Shown here one piece after another: positions 25,554-35,796 of a stretch of DNA of 64,000 bases. A program made the position numbers and the translations under genes. The notes beneath the pieces are model-generated. The model ran no database searches and had not been told where the DNA came from. It saw nothing but the letters and a program-made list of their open reading frames with translations. Within the stretch, counting starts at the first letter, position 1. Each line of letters begins with the position of its first letter. Source of the stretch: a virus (taxonomy: Duplodnaviria > Caudoviricetes); the IMG/VR virus record IMGVR_UViG_3300030060_004467, positions 1,335 through 65,334 of that record. One strand, given 5' to 3'.

Positions 25554-25579
25554 AAAAAGGGCCCTCGCGGGCCCTTTTT
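25554..25579. terminator. Bidirectional intrinsic terminator
   Basis: AAAAAGGGCCC-tcgc-GGGCCCTTTTT between convergent ORFs. Confidence 0.85.
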
Positions 25580-25590
25580 GTATTTAGAAC

Positions 25591-26040
25591 TTATTGTCTC
25601 CACAGTGCCTGAGACAGCACGGGCTTCTCCATGCTACCGATTGGGTGGGGTTGATCGCTAATTACCATATCCTCAGTGATAATAGCTGATGCCTGCCCCG
25701 ATACAAAGAAGTCGATGTAGTCTTCGTTAATAACAATGTGAGTTCCGAAAGACATTGCAGTGTCTGCGCTGAATGGAAGCACGAGGTACAGGCCAGGCTC
25801 AGTGAATGTGAAGGCGCTGTCGCTTTCGATGATACCTGCGATTGAGTGATTCGAGTAGAACACGCTCTCGTCTAGCTTTTGCTTGACCCCGTTCGGGACT
25901 TCGAAGTCTTCAACGAGAAAGATGGCAAACTCCTCAGCTTCACCTGCTCTAGCAACAAAGTCTTGAGTGAAGGATCTTGATAGCTGCGCAGAGGCAGCGA
26001 CTGAGATAATACTTAAAAGGACTGTTGTGATGATACGCAT
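25591..26040 (-). CDS. Secreted hypothetical protein (counter-oriented, moron-like)
   Basis: Signal peptide MRIITTVLLSIISVAASA; own terminator. Confidence 0.6.
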   Translation of the reverse strand: MRIITTVLLSIISVAASAQLSRSFTQDFVARAGEAEEFAIFLVEDFEVPNGVKQKLDESVFYSNHSIAGIIESDSAFTFTEPGLYLVLPFSADTAMSFGTHIVINEDYIDFFVSGQASAIITEDMVISDQPHPIGSMEKPVLSQALWRQ

Positions 26041-26219
26041 TTTATGTTGTATTGAATTTTGTAACTTTGTTTAAATCTCTGATCTCAGTATATGGAGAAC
26101 TTTCGATACTCACAAATTTGGCTTGTGAAAAAACCTTAACGACTTGAAAAAGCCGTACTTTAACGCCAAGAAAAAACGAAAGGACTCCTCTGTGGAGAAC
26201 GAAAAAAGAAGACTTCACA

Positions 26220-26699
26220 ATGAATCTATCAGAAAATCTATCACTCGCCGAATGCCTTCGAAGCAAAACAGCAACCAGGCTCGGAGTAAGCAATGAACCT
26301 CATGATGAATGGGTTATCGAAAATCTTAAAGCTATTGCAGAACAAGTATTTCAACCTTGTCGCGACCATTTCGGAAGTCCTATATACGTGTCGAGTGGCT
26401 ATCGCTCGCCTGATCTCAACCGTGCAATCGGTGGCTCAAAGCGCAGTCAGCACATGGAAGGAAGAGCACTCGATCTTGACTGTGATGTATATGGGTCTAT
26501 TACAAACTCTGAGCTCTTCGAATACATTAGAGAGAATCTCGAATTTGATCAACTCATTTGGGAGTTTGGTGATAAAGACAATCCTGATTGGGTTCACGTT
26601 TCTTACATTCACGATGGGGTTAATCGTAAAAGGTGCTTACGCGCTGGTAGGGACGATAAGAACAAGGTTTACTACGAGGTAATTTATAAGCAGCTTTGA
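26220..26699 (+). CDS. Peptidase M15A-family endolysin
   Basis: SSGYRS..LN..IGG, SQHMEGRALD, FDQLIWEF and WVHVS zinc-binding motifs. Confidence 0.85.
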   Translation: MNLSENLSLAECLRSKTATRLGVSNEPHDEWVIENLKAIAEQVFQPCRDHFGSPIYVSSGYRSPDLNRAIGGSKRSQHMEGRALDLDCDVYGSITNSELFEYIRENLEFDQLIWEFGDKDNPDWVHVSYIHDGVNRKRCLRAGRDDKNKVYYEVIYKQL

Positions 26700-26700
26700 T

Positions 26701-27309
26701 ATGTTGGGATTAGGATTAGGAATAAATCGTGGGGGTGTTATCTCAGGGCCTACAAAGCTTCCTGATTTTGTTGAGGTCCAACTCGGACAAGGTGCAGCAA
26801 ATCTGACTACTAAGGTTGAGATTATAGTCGCGCCTGATGATGAAAACCTTTTTGTTGTAGGATCTGGTAGACTCTTTAGTGACTTTTCTGTGGTCTCTGA
26901 TTTGATTTCAATTTTTCCTGAACAGTCTAGTGGTAATTTGGTAGACACACCCACTCAATTAAAGGGTGAGCTTACATTCGAGAGAATAAATCCAGACGGA
27001 AGTGTGGCAGCAACTGCCGTTGGCACCTACAATGCCATATTTTTTAGAGCTCCAGATATAGAAAATAACAGTTATTTAGGTATTAGTTTTACTGAGGATA
27101 CTTCGGATGCAGGCTCTAGTTATTCAGTTCCCATAGAAGAACATCCTAGCCTTATAGATTTAACTAATACTAGTGGCGCGATTAATCAAGACATAACCAC
27201 TACAGATGAAAATCAGATCTTTAGAGTTACTGTTGTTTTAAAAGCAGATGGATTTATAGATTCTGATCCCATGACATCACCAATCGTACCAATACCACCT
27301 AGAACTTAA
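26701..27309 (+). CDS. Putative virion/tail accessory protein
   Basis: MLGLGLGI N-terminus typical of flavobacterial phage fibre/decoration proteins. Confidence 0.5.
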   Translation: MLGLGLGINRGGVISGPTKLPDFVEVQLGQGAANLTTKVEIIVAPDDENLFVVGSGRLFSDFSVVSDLISIFPEQSSGNLVDTPTQLKGELTFERINPDGSVAATAVGTYNAIFFRAPDIENNSYLGISFTEDTSDAGSSYSVPIEEHPSLIDLTNTSGAINQDITTTDENQIFRVTVVLKADGFIDSDPMTSPIVPIPPRT

Positions 27310-27314
27310 TTACT

Positions 27315-28043
27315 ATGTCGTTAGAACTACATTATGCTGTTAGTCTTAAAACCGATCTTGCAGACAATACAGAAATAGGAGATACAACAAAGCTTGCTAA
27401 TTCTAAATCTGGAACTATAAATGGTGCTAATACAACATCAGCTCAAAGACCAAAAGTTAAAGCTCCAAGAACAAATGCAAAGCTTAATAGTCTTAGTGCT
27501 TCTTTGCTATGTGACGGTAATGACTCTCTTAGTCTTTCAACCCCTGTAAATATTACTGCACAAGACTATACTCTTGCGTGTTGCTGGGTTGATGGTGATT
27601 ATACAGCAGATACGTGGTTGTTTACTGGATCAACTAATGACGCTCATTATGGAATTGATGCTGGAGGCGCGGGCGTATTAATAAAGCCTAATAGCAGCAG
27701 ATCTCCACAAGGAGACGAGGTTACCATAGCAACTAATAACACACACAACGGTACTGTAAGCTACACTTTTGGTTCTGACGTAGAGGCGCTGATTATTGTA
27801 AATGACTACAGCACTAATACTGTTAGTTTTTACAATATCGCAGGAGATAAAATAGCAGAAGATACTTCCTCATTGTATTCTTCTAATATCGTATTTAATC
27901 AAATTATCGGTAATGGAGCTAACAACGGATTAAATGGAAGTATTCTTGATATTAGAATACACAAAAACTTTGCTGCTGGGTCTTCATACGTATCTGCACT
28001 TGCAAGATCATACGTTCTTCAAACAAACAGAACCGCCGTGTAG
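27315..28043 (+). CDS. LamG/concanavalin-like fold protein
   Basis: SLLCDGNDSL, beta-rich, LNGSILDIRI motif. Confidence 0.45.
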   Translation: MSLELHYAVSLKTDLADNTEIGDTTKLANSKSGTINGANTTSAQRPKVKAPRTNAKLNSLSASLLCDGNDSLSLSTPVNITAQDYTLACCWVDGDYTADTWLFTGSTNDAHYGIDAGGAGVLIKPNSSRSPQGDEVTIATNNTHNGTVSYTFGSDVEALIIVNDYSTNTVSFYNIAGDKIAEDTSSLYSSNIVFNQIIGNGANNGLNGSILDIRIHKNFAAGSSYVSALARSYVLQTNRTAV

Positions 28044-28441
28044 AATCGTTGAACCAATAATCTAGCTTTTTGAGTAAGAGCATACCTTACTCTGTAGTTG
28101 TACTTAGTCTCTTCTCTAAACAGATGATCCTCCATGGTGTTTGAGGGTGTCATCTTATCAAAGTATTTGTATATGTAACCTGCTTTAACTAACTCATATA
28201 CAATGCGTTCACCTATCTTTTTAGGTGAATAACCATAATCTTTAGCTGCGTATGATAGGGTCCAAAACTCTAAATCGTAAGCCCATATCATAAACATAAG
28301 CTCTTTTTCAAAGATGTCATTCTTGATACAGAACTCGTTGACACTCTTTCTCAGATACTTAAGGTGATTGTTTTTTACGTACCTTTGATTAAGCTTAGAA
28401 AACTCTCGGAACATCTTTCCTCTGGGCTTCTTTGCTGGCAT
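28019..28441 (-). CDS. Putative winged-helix transcription regulator
   Basis: ELVKAGYI and YALTQKAR MarR-like wing pattern. Confidence 0.5.
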   Translation of the reverse strand: MPAKKPRGKMFREFSKLNQRYVKNNHLKYLRKSVNEFCIKNDIFEKELMFMIWAYDLEFWTLSYAAKDYGYSPKKIGERIVYELVKAGYIYKYFDKMTPSNTMEDHLFREETKYNYRVRYALTQKARLLVQRFYTAVLFV

Positions 28442-28465
28442 TGAAATAAATTATACCGCGAAGAT

Positions 28466-28756
28466 ATGGAAGACGAAGAATTTTTGCTTAAAATTAGAGA
28501 GTTGGCGGTTGCAATGGACGATCTTGTTGATACATACGACGTCAGGGATCGTTTAATGTCTGTAATGATTATAGGCGTCACTGAAGAGAATGATTTCGGT
28601 GATACAAATCTAAAGGCTGTGTATAGTTACAATGTTCACAGTCACGATGAGTTAAATGAATTAATTGAATTTATGCAGGACACATACGTTGAGAAAAATA
28701 ATAATGGTCCAGACCTGGATGATCTTCTTAACGGTCTTGGTGTATCATTAAATTAA
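28466..28756 (+). CDS. Acidic hypothetical protein
   Basis: 96 aa. Confidence 0.6.
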   Translation: MEDEEFLLKIRELAVAMDDLVDTYDVRDRLMSVMIIGVTEENDFGDTNLKAVYSYNVHSHDELNELIEFMQDTYVEKNNNGPDLDDLLNGLGVSLN

Positions 28757-28757
28757 A

Positions 28758-28997
28758 ATGGAGGGACTTATTAGAAAAATTGTGGTCGGAAGAGACCCTA
28801 AGGATGCGATGGCTTACTATGTCGGCATGAGAGCTGGCAGAGGTAATGTTAGCGCTATAGTTTTAGATAGAGAGCATTTGCATAAACATGGATCAAAAAG
28901 ATATCTTGTATATTTACAGGAAGAGGATGATTCCCAGGTCTTATGGAAGGCCATTGACAATATGCCATGTATGATAGAATTTGATTGCAATTTCTGA
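28758..28997 (+). CDS. Conserved phage hypothetical protein
   Basis: IRKIVVG..PKDAMAYYVG and LWK..DNMP..IEFD motifs, in a position next to the GroES-like gene. Confidence 0.65.
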   Translation: MEGLIRKIVVGRDPKDAMAYYVGMRAGRGNVSAIVLDREHLHKHGSKRYLVYLQEEDDSQVLWKAIDNMPCMIEFDCNF

Positions 28998-29287
28998 TGA
29001 CTGTAGAAGGGCTTACAACAAGAGGATCTGAGTTTACATTACCTAACGGGGCACCTTACTCTGGTAGATATCATGTACATATTGATAAAGGCGCCATGGT
29101 AGGTGCTAAGCATGTGTCTACGCCTCATTCAATTCTAACACCTGTAAATGCTGAGGTGGCTAATAAAGTTATTTCTCTTCAGAGAGAGCTTAGAGCAAAG
29201 CGAGATCAGCAAAATAAAATTAAATCAATGTCTTCAAGATCTAGTAGGAGGACAACAAATACATCTGGAAATGTCGGAGGATATTAA
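28997..29287 (+). CDS. Hypothetical protein
   Basis: YSGRYHVH..KGAMVGAKH motif. Confidence 0.6.
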   Translation: MTVEGLTTRGSEFTLPNGAPYSGRYHVHIDKGAMVGAKHVSTPHSILTPVNAEVANKVISLQRELRAKRDQQNKIKSMSSRSSRRTTNTSGNVGGY

Positions 29288-29447
29288 AAAACGTCCAGAG
29301 GGTCTCGGCGATACTATCGCAGAGATTACAAGGGCAACTAGGATTAAGAACATTGTTGATCATATCAGTAAGAAGACTGGTAAAGATTGCGGCTGCGCGA
29401 AAAGACAGGCAGCTTTGAATAAAATGTTCCCATATCGAAACAAGTGA
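29271..29447 (+). CDS. Small Cys-containing protein
   Basis: GLGDT...DCGCAKRQAALN motif. Confidence 0.6.
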   Translation: MSEDIKKRPEGLGDTIAEITRATRIKNIVDHISKKTGKDCGCAKRQAALNKMFPYRNK

Positions 29448-30049
29448 AAACTTTTGATTTATTCATCGTTGAACTAGAAAAGACAGTCAACGATACAATT
29501 ACTACCGATTCAGGTCTTGAGCTCTATATTGAGACAAAATTTGAAAATGGTGAGTTTGATCATAGGGTCACTCAGGGTCCAGTTGTAGCTGTGCCTTTTA
29601 AGTATGACACTGGGGTCAACGTCGGCGATACTCTATACTTCCATCACCTTGTCGTAATGCAGGAGGGTCAGGTTCTTACTGGTGTAGATAATCACTACTT
29701 CGTCAAGTATGGTAAGCAAGCTATTGGAAATCAAGCTATTGCATATAAAAGCAAAGATACTGGTGAAATAAAGTGTCTTGGTGGATGGACATTGCTAGAG
29801 CCCATTGAAGATGATTCAATTACCTCAGATATTATTGAGGTAGTGGAGTTAAATGAAAAGCTGCCAACAAAGGGTAGGGTTGTGTACACATGCGGAGACG
29901 GAACATGCGGTGACGTAGTTGTTAATCCTGGAGATATTGTAGGATTTAAACAGAATAGAGACTACAGAATTAAAATTGATGGCGCTGAGATGTACAGAAC
30001 TCGCGCTGAAGATCTTCTATATGTCGAAGAAAAAATTCACAACGATTGA
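29444..30049 (+). CDS. GroES-like co-chaperonin (two GroES-like halves)
   Basis: TTDSGLEL, GPVVAVP..VNVGDTLYF, and a second KGRVVY..VNPGDIVGF..IDG unit. Confidence 0.6.
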   Translation: MKTFDLFIVELEKTVNDTITTDSGLELYIETKFENGEFDHRVTQGPVVAVPFKYDTGVNVGDTLYFHHLVVMQEGQVLTGVDNHYFVKYGKQAIGNQAIAYKSKDTGEIKCLGGWTLLEPIEDDSITSDIIEVVELNEKLPTKGRVVYTCGDGTCGDVVVNPGDIVGFKQNRDYRIKIDGAEMYRTRAEDLLYVEEKIHND

Positions 30050-30311
30050 GGCAGCACAGCGACTCATGCATAGCATGGAGGTTGCCATCAACAATATGAT
30101 TGACGAGGTAAAAAAACCTGTCGATCCTGAAGCTGGTGGTGCAGCTAGAAAGGCTGAGCTTCAATCCATCAAACAAACGGCCACAGATTGCAAAGAACTT
30201 TTGGTAGAGCGCCAAAGACTAGAACAAATGATTAAAGACCTAAGAGATAATGGAAAAATTGAACAAACTAAAGATTACTCGGGAGGTTTCGCTGAAAGAT
30301 TCTCTAAATGA
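30021..30311 (+). CDS. Putative terminase small subunit
   Basis: Helical 96 aa ending GFAERFSK, upstream of the terminase. Confidence 0.45.
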   Translation: MSKKKFTTIEAAQRLMHSMEVAINNMIDEVKKPVDPEAGGAARKAELQSIKQTATDCKELLVERQRLEQMIKDLRDNGKIEQTKDYSGGFAERFSK

Positions 30312-30392
30312 TTGGAAGAGTGTAGTATGGTATTACAATAGCACCGATTATAAATTTTGGGAGGATTCTTGGAATAAAGATGATAAGAAATA

Positions 30393-30755
30393 ATGCCTAT
30401 AAAAGACCCAGATGCTAGAAGGGCTTATAATAAGGCATATCAAAAACAACACTACTCTAAAAACAAGAAGTATTACAAGGACAAGGCTAAAAAATCAAAG
30501 ACTTTACAGAGACAATGGAATAGGTCTTTTGTTAATAGGGTAAAAAAACTTATTTCATGTGTAGACTGTGGAGAGTCAAATCCTATCGTTCTTGATTTTG
30601 ATCATGTATGTGGAGTAAAGACAAAGAATATAGCAGATATGGTTCATAGACCATTCTCGATATCTGCAATAAAAGATGAAATAAGAAAGTGTGAGGTAAG
30701 ATGTGCTAATTGTCATAGAAAACAAACTCACAAAAGACGAAATATGTCCATCTAA
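30393..30755 (+). CDS. HNH endonuclease
   Basis: CVDC, LDFDH and KCEVRCANCH motifs; AT-rich. Confidence 0.8.
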   Translation: MPIKDPDARRAYNKAYQKQHYSKNKKYYKDKAKKSKTLQRQWNRSFVNRVKKLISCVDCGESNPIVLDFDHVCGVKTKNIADMVHRPFSISAIKDEIRKCEVRCANCHRKQTHKRRNMSI

Positions 30756-30776
30756 GACTTTCACTATATTTGCTTT

Positions 30777-31028
30777 ATGAGAGTTAAAAAGCGTAACTAC
30801 GATGAAGAGTATGAGCTTTTCCACAAAAGCAAGAAGGCCAAAAAAGCCCGAGCTGGAAGAAATTATCGTCGTAGAAAGGCAGCGAGAGAGGGTCGCGTAA
30901 AGAAGGGTGACGGTAAAGACTTGCATCACTACGTGGTGGGAGGGGTAACTAAGACGAGAGTTGAAGACGCCTCAGTAAATAGGGGTAGATCAGAGGCCTC
31001 TAGGAAGCCAGGTAGTAATAGAAAATAA
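30777..31028 (+). CDS. Basic HNH-like small protein
   Basis: RNYDEEY, KGDGKDLHH and SVNRG motifs. Confidence 0.55.
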   Translation: MRVKKRNYDEEYELFHKSKKAKKARAGRNYRRRKAAREGRVKKGDGKDLHHYVVGGVTKTRVEDASVNRGRSEASRKPGSNRK

Positions 31029-31034
31029 CATCAC

Positions 31035-31108
31035 GCACCTGTAGCTCAACTGGATAGAGCAGCACACTTCTAATGTGCAGGTTCGGGGTTCGAGTCCCTG
31101 CAGGTGTA
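31035..31108 (+). tRNA. tRNA-Arg (anticodon TCT)
   Basis: GCACCTG/CAGGTGT acceptor, GCTC/GAGC D arm, GCACA-CTTCTAA-TGTGC anticodon arm, GGTTCGAGTCC T loop; CCA not encoded. Confidence 0.92.
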
Positions 31109-31121
31109 CAAATTAAATAAA

Positions 31122-31253
31122 ATGGCAAAGGTTCAAGTATCTACGTATAAGTCTAAGAGGGTGAGACGTAAAGGTGTCCACGCAAAGACAAAATGTTCAA
31201 AGAATAAGTCATCAAAGAACTACACTAAGCGATATGCTGGTCAAGGTCGATGA
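31122..31253 (+). CDS. Small basic protein (43 aa, not in ORF track)
   Basis: MAKVQVSTYKSKRVRRKGVHAK...YAGQGR. Confidence 0.55.
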   Translation: MAKVQVSTYKSKRVRRKGVHAKTKCSKNKSSKNYTKRYAGQGR

Positions 31254-33348
31254 CTATGATGAGGACGTTATCGCAATTTGCCCCCAGGGTACAACGGGTG
31301 AAGTTGTTTCGATTGGTGATCTATACATTGCACTTCCCGCTGAGCCTCCCAAAGAGGAGATTACGGGATATGGACGTCCAGACGACATGCAGCTGTGGGA
31401 GAGGCTTCCTATGCCAGAGGAGCTGTCTAGGATTACAAGTATGGACGAGTGGGCAGAAATGCCAAGAGAGTTCAGGCAAAAGTTTTCTACATATATCGAG
31501 GAGGAGTTTAGACGTAGGCGTGAAGGTCTTTGGTTCTATAATAACGGTACACCTACGTATATTACGGGCAGGCATTACATGATGCTGCAGTGGACCAAGA
31601 TAGATATAGGATTTCCTCACTATCTTGCATTCCAGCGCGAAATTTTTCTACACATGGCCGCGTGTGAGGCAGACCCTAGATGTATTGGTCAGCTATATAC
31701 GAAGTGCAGACGTAGCGGGTACACTAATATATGCTCGTCTGTTCTCTTAGACGAAGCCACGCAGGTTAAGGATAAGCTTCTCGGTATTCAGTCGAAAACG
31801 GGTAAGGACGCGCAGGAGAATATATTCATGAAGAAGGTGGTTCAGATGTTTCGTCACTACCCCTTCTTCTTTAAACCAATTCAGGATGGTACCACTAACC
31901 CACGCATGGAGCTGGCTTTTCGCGAGCCGAGTAAGAGAATCACGAAGAAGAATAAGACTGCGACGAAGGGAGAGGCTCTTAATACGGTAGTAAACTGGAA
32001 GAATACCACCAACAATGCATACGATGGTGAGAAGCTTCACATACTTTATTTAGACGAGGCTGGAAAGTGGGAGAAGCCTACAGATATACGCGATGCATGG
32101 AGAATACAGCGTACCTGTCTTATAGTAGGTAGAAAAATTGTAGGAAAGGCTTTGGTAGGATCTACTGTAAACCCCATGGATAAAGGAGGTAGAGAATATA
32201 AAGAGCTGTGGAGAGATTCAGATCCTGCAGAAAGAAATGCAAACGGTAGAACCATATCTGGACTATACCGTCTCTTTATACCCGCCCACAAATCCCTCGA
32301 AGGATTCTTTGACATTTTTGGAAATGCAGTGGCTTACGATCCACCATCAGCAGTAGAGGGTCTTGATGGTGAGGACATTGTCATTGGTGCCAAAACATAC
32401 CTTAAGAACGAAAGAGATAGTCTCAAGGGAGACCCATCTGAGCTGAATGAGGTGACGAGACAGTTTCCATTTACCACCGACGAGGCTTTTAGAGATAGTA
32501 TCGAGGGAAGTGTATTTAACATCGGAAAGATTTATGAACAAGTACAGTACAATGATGACTTATTTCCTAATCCTGTAGTTGCGGGTAATTTTATATGGAA
32601 GGATGGTGTTAAAGACACCAAGGTTGTTTTCTCTCCTGATCCAAAAGGTAGATTTCGTATTTCATGGATGCCTCCTGATGATATGAGAAACGTATCGTTA
32701 ATGGATCGTGGTAAACGTATAGCACCTAATGCAGAGCTGGGGGTAGGCGGGGTTGACTCTTACGACCTTGACGCCACCGTCGATGGACGGGGGTCTAAGG
32801 GTGCGCTTCACCTGTATAACAAGTTTCACATGGAGCATCCATCGAACATGTTTGTATTGGAGTATGCGTCCCGTCCACCTTTGGCTAAGATCTTCTATGA
32901 AGACTGCCTTATGGCTGCTGTATTTTATGGATATCCACTGTTAATTGAAAACAATAAGTACGGTATCGCAAGATACTTTGAATCAAGAGGTTATGATGGA
33001 TATTTAATGAATAGACCGTCACACCTTTCATCTGGTTCCTCTAGTGTTAAAGTTAAGACTAAGGGTATACCATCAAACTCACAGGATGTTATTCAGTCGC
33101 ATGCTCATGCTATTGAGTCGTATGTACATGATCATGTTGGAATAAATAGGGACACTGGAGACTATGGTAATATGTATTTTAATAGAACTCTAGAGGACTG
33201 GATTGGTTTTCAAATAGATAACAGAACTAAGTTTGACCTTACTATTTCGTCTGGTCTTGCTCTTCTCGCCGCACAAAAAGGTAAATCAAAACCCAAAAAA
33301 GACTTCTCTGAGGTCAAATTTTTTAGGCGATATAAGCCCATAGGATGA
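31234..33348 (+). CDS. terL: Terminase large subunit
   Basis: YITGRHY, Walker A-like KCRRSGYT, Walker B LYLDEAGKW, GSTVN, nuclease GVDSYD, IENN and FDLTISSG. Confidence 0.9.
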   Translation: MLVKVDDYDEDVIAICPQGTTGEVVSIGDLYIALPAEPPKEEITGYGRPDDMQLWERLPMPEELSRITSMDEWAEMPREFRQKFSTYIEEEFRRRREGLWFYNNGTPTYITGRHYMMLQWTKIDIGFPHYLAFQREIFLHMAACEADPRCIGQLYTKCRRSGYTNICSSVLLDEATQVKDKLLGIQSKTGKDAQENIFMKKVVQMFRHYPFFFKPIQDGTTNPRMELAFREPSKRITKKNKTATKGEALNTVVNWKNTTNNAYDGEKLHILYLDEAGKWEKPTDIRDAWRIQRTCLIVGRKIVGKALVGSTVNPMDKGGREYKELWRDSDPAERNANGRTISGLYRLFIPAHKSLEGFFDIFGNAVAYDPPSAVEGLDGEDIVIGAKTYLKNERDSLKGDPSELNEVTRQFPFTTDEAFRDSIEGSVFNIGKIYEQVQYNDDLFPNPVVAGNFIWKDGVKDTKVVFSPDPKGRFRISWMPPDDMRNVSLMDRGKRIAPNAELGVGGVDSYDLDATVDGRGSKGALHLYNKFHMEHPSNMFVLEYASRPPLAKIFYEDCLMAAVFYGYPLLIENNKYGIARYFESRGYDGYLMNRPSHLSSGSSSVKVKTKGIPSNSQDVIQSHAHAIESYVHDHVGINRDTGDYGNMYFNRTLEDWIGFQIDNRTKFDLTISSGLALLAAQKGKSKPKKDFSEVKFFRRYKPIG

Positions 33349-33378
33349 TTTATTATATTTGCACTATAATCGGGATAA

Positions 33379-35796
33379 ATGTACAGCAACTCTAAAGCCA
33401 ACAAATCCTTTCCAAATCCTCTTCTTCCTGCTGAGAAAAAACAGGATAAGAGATATGGAATGAAATACGCTAAGGCGATTGAGGCGCAGTGGAGAGGAGT
33501 TTCAGATAAAAACTCTCTTCAGAAAAGAAGAAGAAAAATTTTTCAAAGAAATAGAAAGTATTCACTGGGCATTCAGGATACTTCTATTTATAAGAGACTA
33601 TTGAATAATGTTGATCCAAACTCAGGCGACGGTAGCTTGATGAATTTGGATTATACCCCAGTACCGATTCTACCAAAGTTTGTTCGTATTGTAGTTAATA
33701 AGATTCTTTCAAAGAATCCATACCCAAACTTAGAGGCCATTGATCCATTCTCATCATCTGAAAAAAACGAATATAAGAAGAGGATTAAAAATCAGGTGGA
33801 GCTTAGGGATGAGCTTAAGAAGCTAAAAGATACAACTGGTGGCCTTGTCTTGGGCGACGATCCAGATAAGCTGCCTGAAACAATGGAGGAGGCTGAGATC
33901 TATCTCGACAGCAACGTCAAGACTGATGGAGAGATCTCTGCTCAGATTGCAACGAATCTTACGCTTTCCTGGAACAACTTCAACGACGGAATATTTAGAA
34001 GATGCGTTAATGACATGGTCGCTCTTGGCATGTCAGTTGTAAAAAGATCTAATGATCCAAACATTGGCATTCGTGTTGAATATGTAGATCCAGAAAAGTT
34101 TGTTCACAGCTACACTGAGGATCCATCGTTTGATGATATGATGTATGCTGGTCATGTAAAAACTATCACCATATCAGAGCTCAAGCGTATAGCTGGCGAT
34201 CAACTATCAGAAGAGGATTATGAAAAAATTTCTCAGAAATCTAAGGGCACAGGAGTAAGTGGTAATGCCACACAGTACGATGATCTTGGAGATCGCACAA
34301 TGTATGAGTATGATGAGTATAGCATTGATATACTTGACTTTGAGTTTTTAAGTGTTGATACCATGCACTTTGAGGAGAAGGAAAATAAATTTGGTAATAG
34401 CAATTTCTATTATCAAGGTTTTTCAGAAAAAGAAAAAACTGACAGTGTATTTGAAAGTTCTCCAAATAAGCTTCAGATTGAGTGCGTGTATGGAGGTATC
34501 TATATTATGGGCACTAGTCATATCATAAACTACGGCAAGAAGACTAATATGCCTAGAAACATCCATGATCTTTCTAGAGCTAAACTGTCATACTCTGTAG
34601 TGTCAACCAACATCAATAGAATGATGCCAAAGTCTATGGTTGATAGCTGCGTGGGTTTTGCTGATATGTTGCAGCTTACTCATCTAAAGATTCAGCAAGC
34701 TATCGCAAAGGCTAAGCCAGACGGATTAATCATTGACATCGAGGGACTTGAAAACGTTCAGCTTGGAAAGGGTGGTGAGCTTCAGCCGTTAGATCTTCAC
34801 GATATCTACGAGCAGACTGGTGTGTTCTACTATAGAAGTAAAAATCCAGAAGGAGGCGGTCAGGCTCCTCCTATTAGAGAGATAGGTAATACTATTCGTA
34901 ATATCAATGAGCTAATAGCGTTATATAATCACTACCTAAGACTTATTAGAGATACAACAGGTATTAATGAGGCAATGGATGCATCATCTCCAAAGGGTGA
35001 TGCTCTTGTAGGTGTTAGACAGCAGGCGATAGCAGCTGGTAACAACGCCATCTATGATATTACAAATGCCTCTATGATACTATACAAAAAGGTTTGTAGT
35101 GATATTGTAAAGTGCCTGCAGATTATTCCAGAGGGTTCTGTTATATCTAAGGCTTATGAGAACGCCATAGGTAAAGAAAATACAGAGGCATTGATGTCTT
35201 TCAAAGATTTGCCTATGTTTAATTTTGGCGTTCAAGTGGTGAAGGAGATGGAGACAGAGGACAAGCAATATCTAGAGCAAAGTATTCAGGTGGCTCTTGG
35301 TCAGAAAGAGATAGATCTTGAGGACGCATTAATTGTTAGAAACATGAAGGATGTCAATCAGGCTGAGAGACTCCTTATGGTTAAAAGAAAGAATCGTCAA
35401 AAGCAGCAGCAGAAGATTGCACAGCAAAATTCACAGCAGCAGGCACAGGTGGCTCAGCAGGCTGCACAGTCAGCAGCTAAGGCTAAGCAGCAGGAGATTC
35501 AAATGGAGGCTCAGGTTGAGATGCAAAAGATTCAGGCTAAGACCCAGTCAGAGATAGAGCTCGAAAAAATTAAGCACGAGCACAGAAGAGAGATAGAAAT
35601 GATTAGAGCCCAGGCGACCCTTGGGTTTAGAACTGAAGATCAAGAATTTAGGGAGAAGTTAGAGACAATGAAGGAGGAGGGTAAGACATCCCGCGTTGAT
35701 CAGCAAGCATCTCTTACCAGCAAGCTTATTGCTCAGCGTCAGGGTCAAGGTGGTGAGTTTGATATCATGGATGAGAACATTGAAAATAATCTATAA
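33379..35796 (+). CDS. Portal protein
   Basis: 805 aa after terminase; PVPILPKF, TGIN..MDAS and Gln-rich coiled C-terminus. Confidence 0.85.
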   Translation: MYSNSKANKSFPNPLLPAEKKQDKRYGMKYAKAIEAQWRGVSDKNSLQKRRRKIFQRNRKYSLGIQDTSIYKRLLNNVDPNSGDGSLMNLDYTPVPILPKFVRIVVNKILSKNPYPNLEAIDPFSSSEKNEYKKRIKNQVELRDELKKLKDTTGGLVLGDDPDKLPETMEEAEIYLDSNVKTDGEISAQIATNLTLSWNNFNDGIFRRCVNDMVALGMSVVKRSNDPNIGIRVEYVDPEKFVHSYTEDPSFDDMMYAGHVKTITISELKRIAGDQLSEEDYEKISQKSKGTGVSGNATQYDDLGDRTMYEYDEYSIDILDFEFLSVDTMHFEEKENKFGNSNFYYQGFSEKEKTDSVFESSPNKLQIECVYGGIYIMGTSHIINYGKKTNMPRNIHDLSRAKLSYSVVSTNINRMMPKSMVDSCVGFADMLQLTHLKIQQAIAKAKPDGLIIDIEGLENVQLGKGGELQPLDLHDIYEQTGVFYYRSKNPEGGGQAPPIREIGNTIRNINELIALYNHYLRLIRDTTGINEAMDASSPKGDALVGVRQQAIAAGNNAIYDITNASMILYKKVCSDIVKCLQIIPEGSVISKAYENAIGKENTEALMSFKDLPMFNFGVQVVKEMETEDKQYLEQSIQVALGQKEIDLEDALIVRNMKDVNQAERLLMVKRKNRQKQQQKIAQQNSQQQAQVAQQAAQSAAKAKQQEIQMEAQVEMQKIQAKTQSEIELEKIKHEHRREIEMIRAQATLGFRTEDQEFREKLETMKEEGKTSRVDQQASLTSKLIAQRQGQGGEFDIMDENIENNL

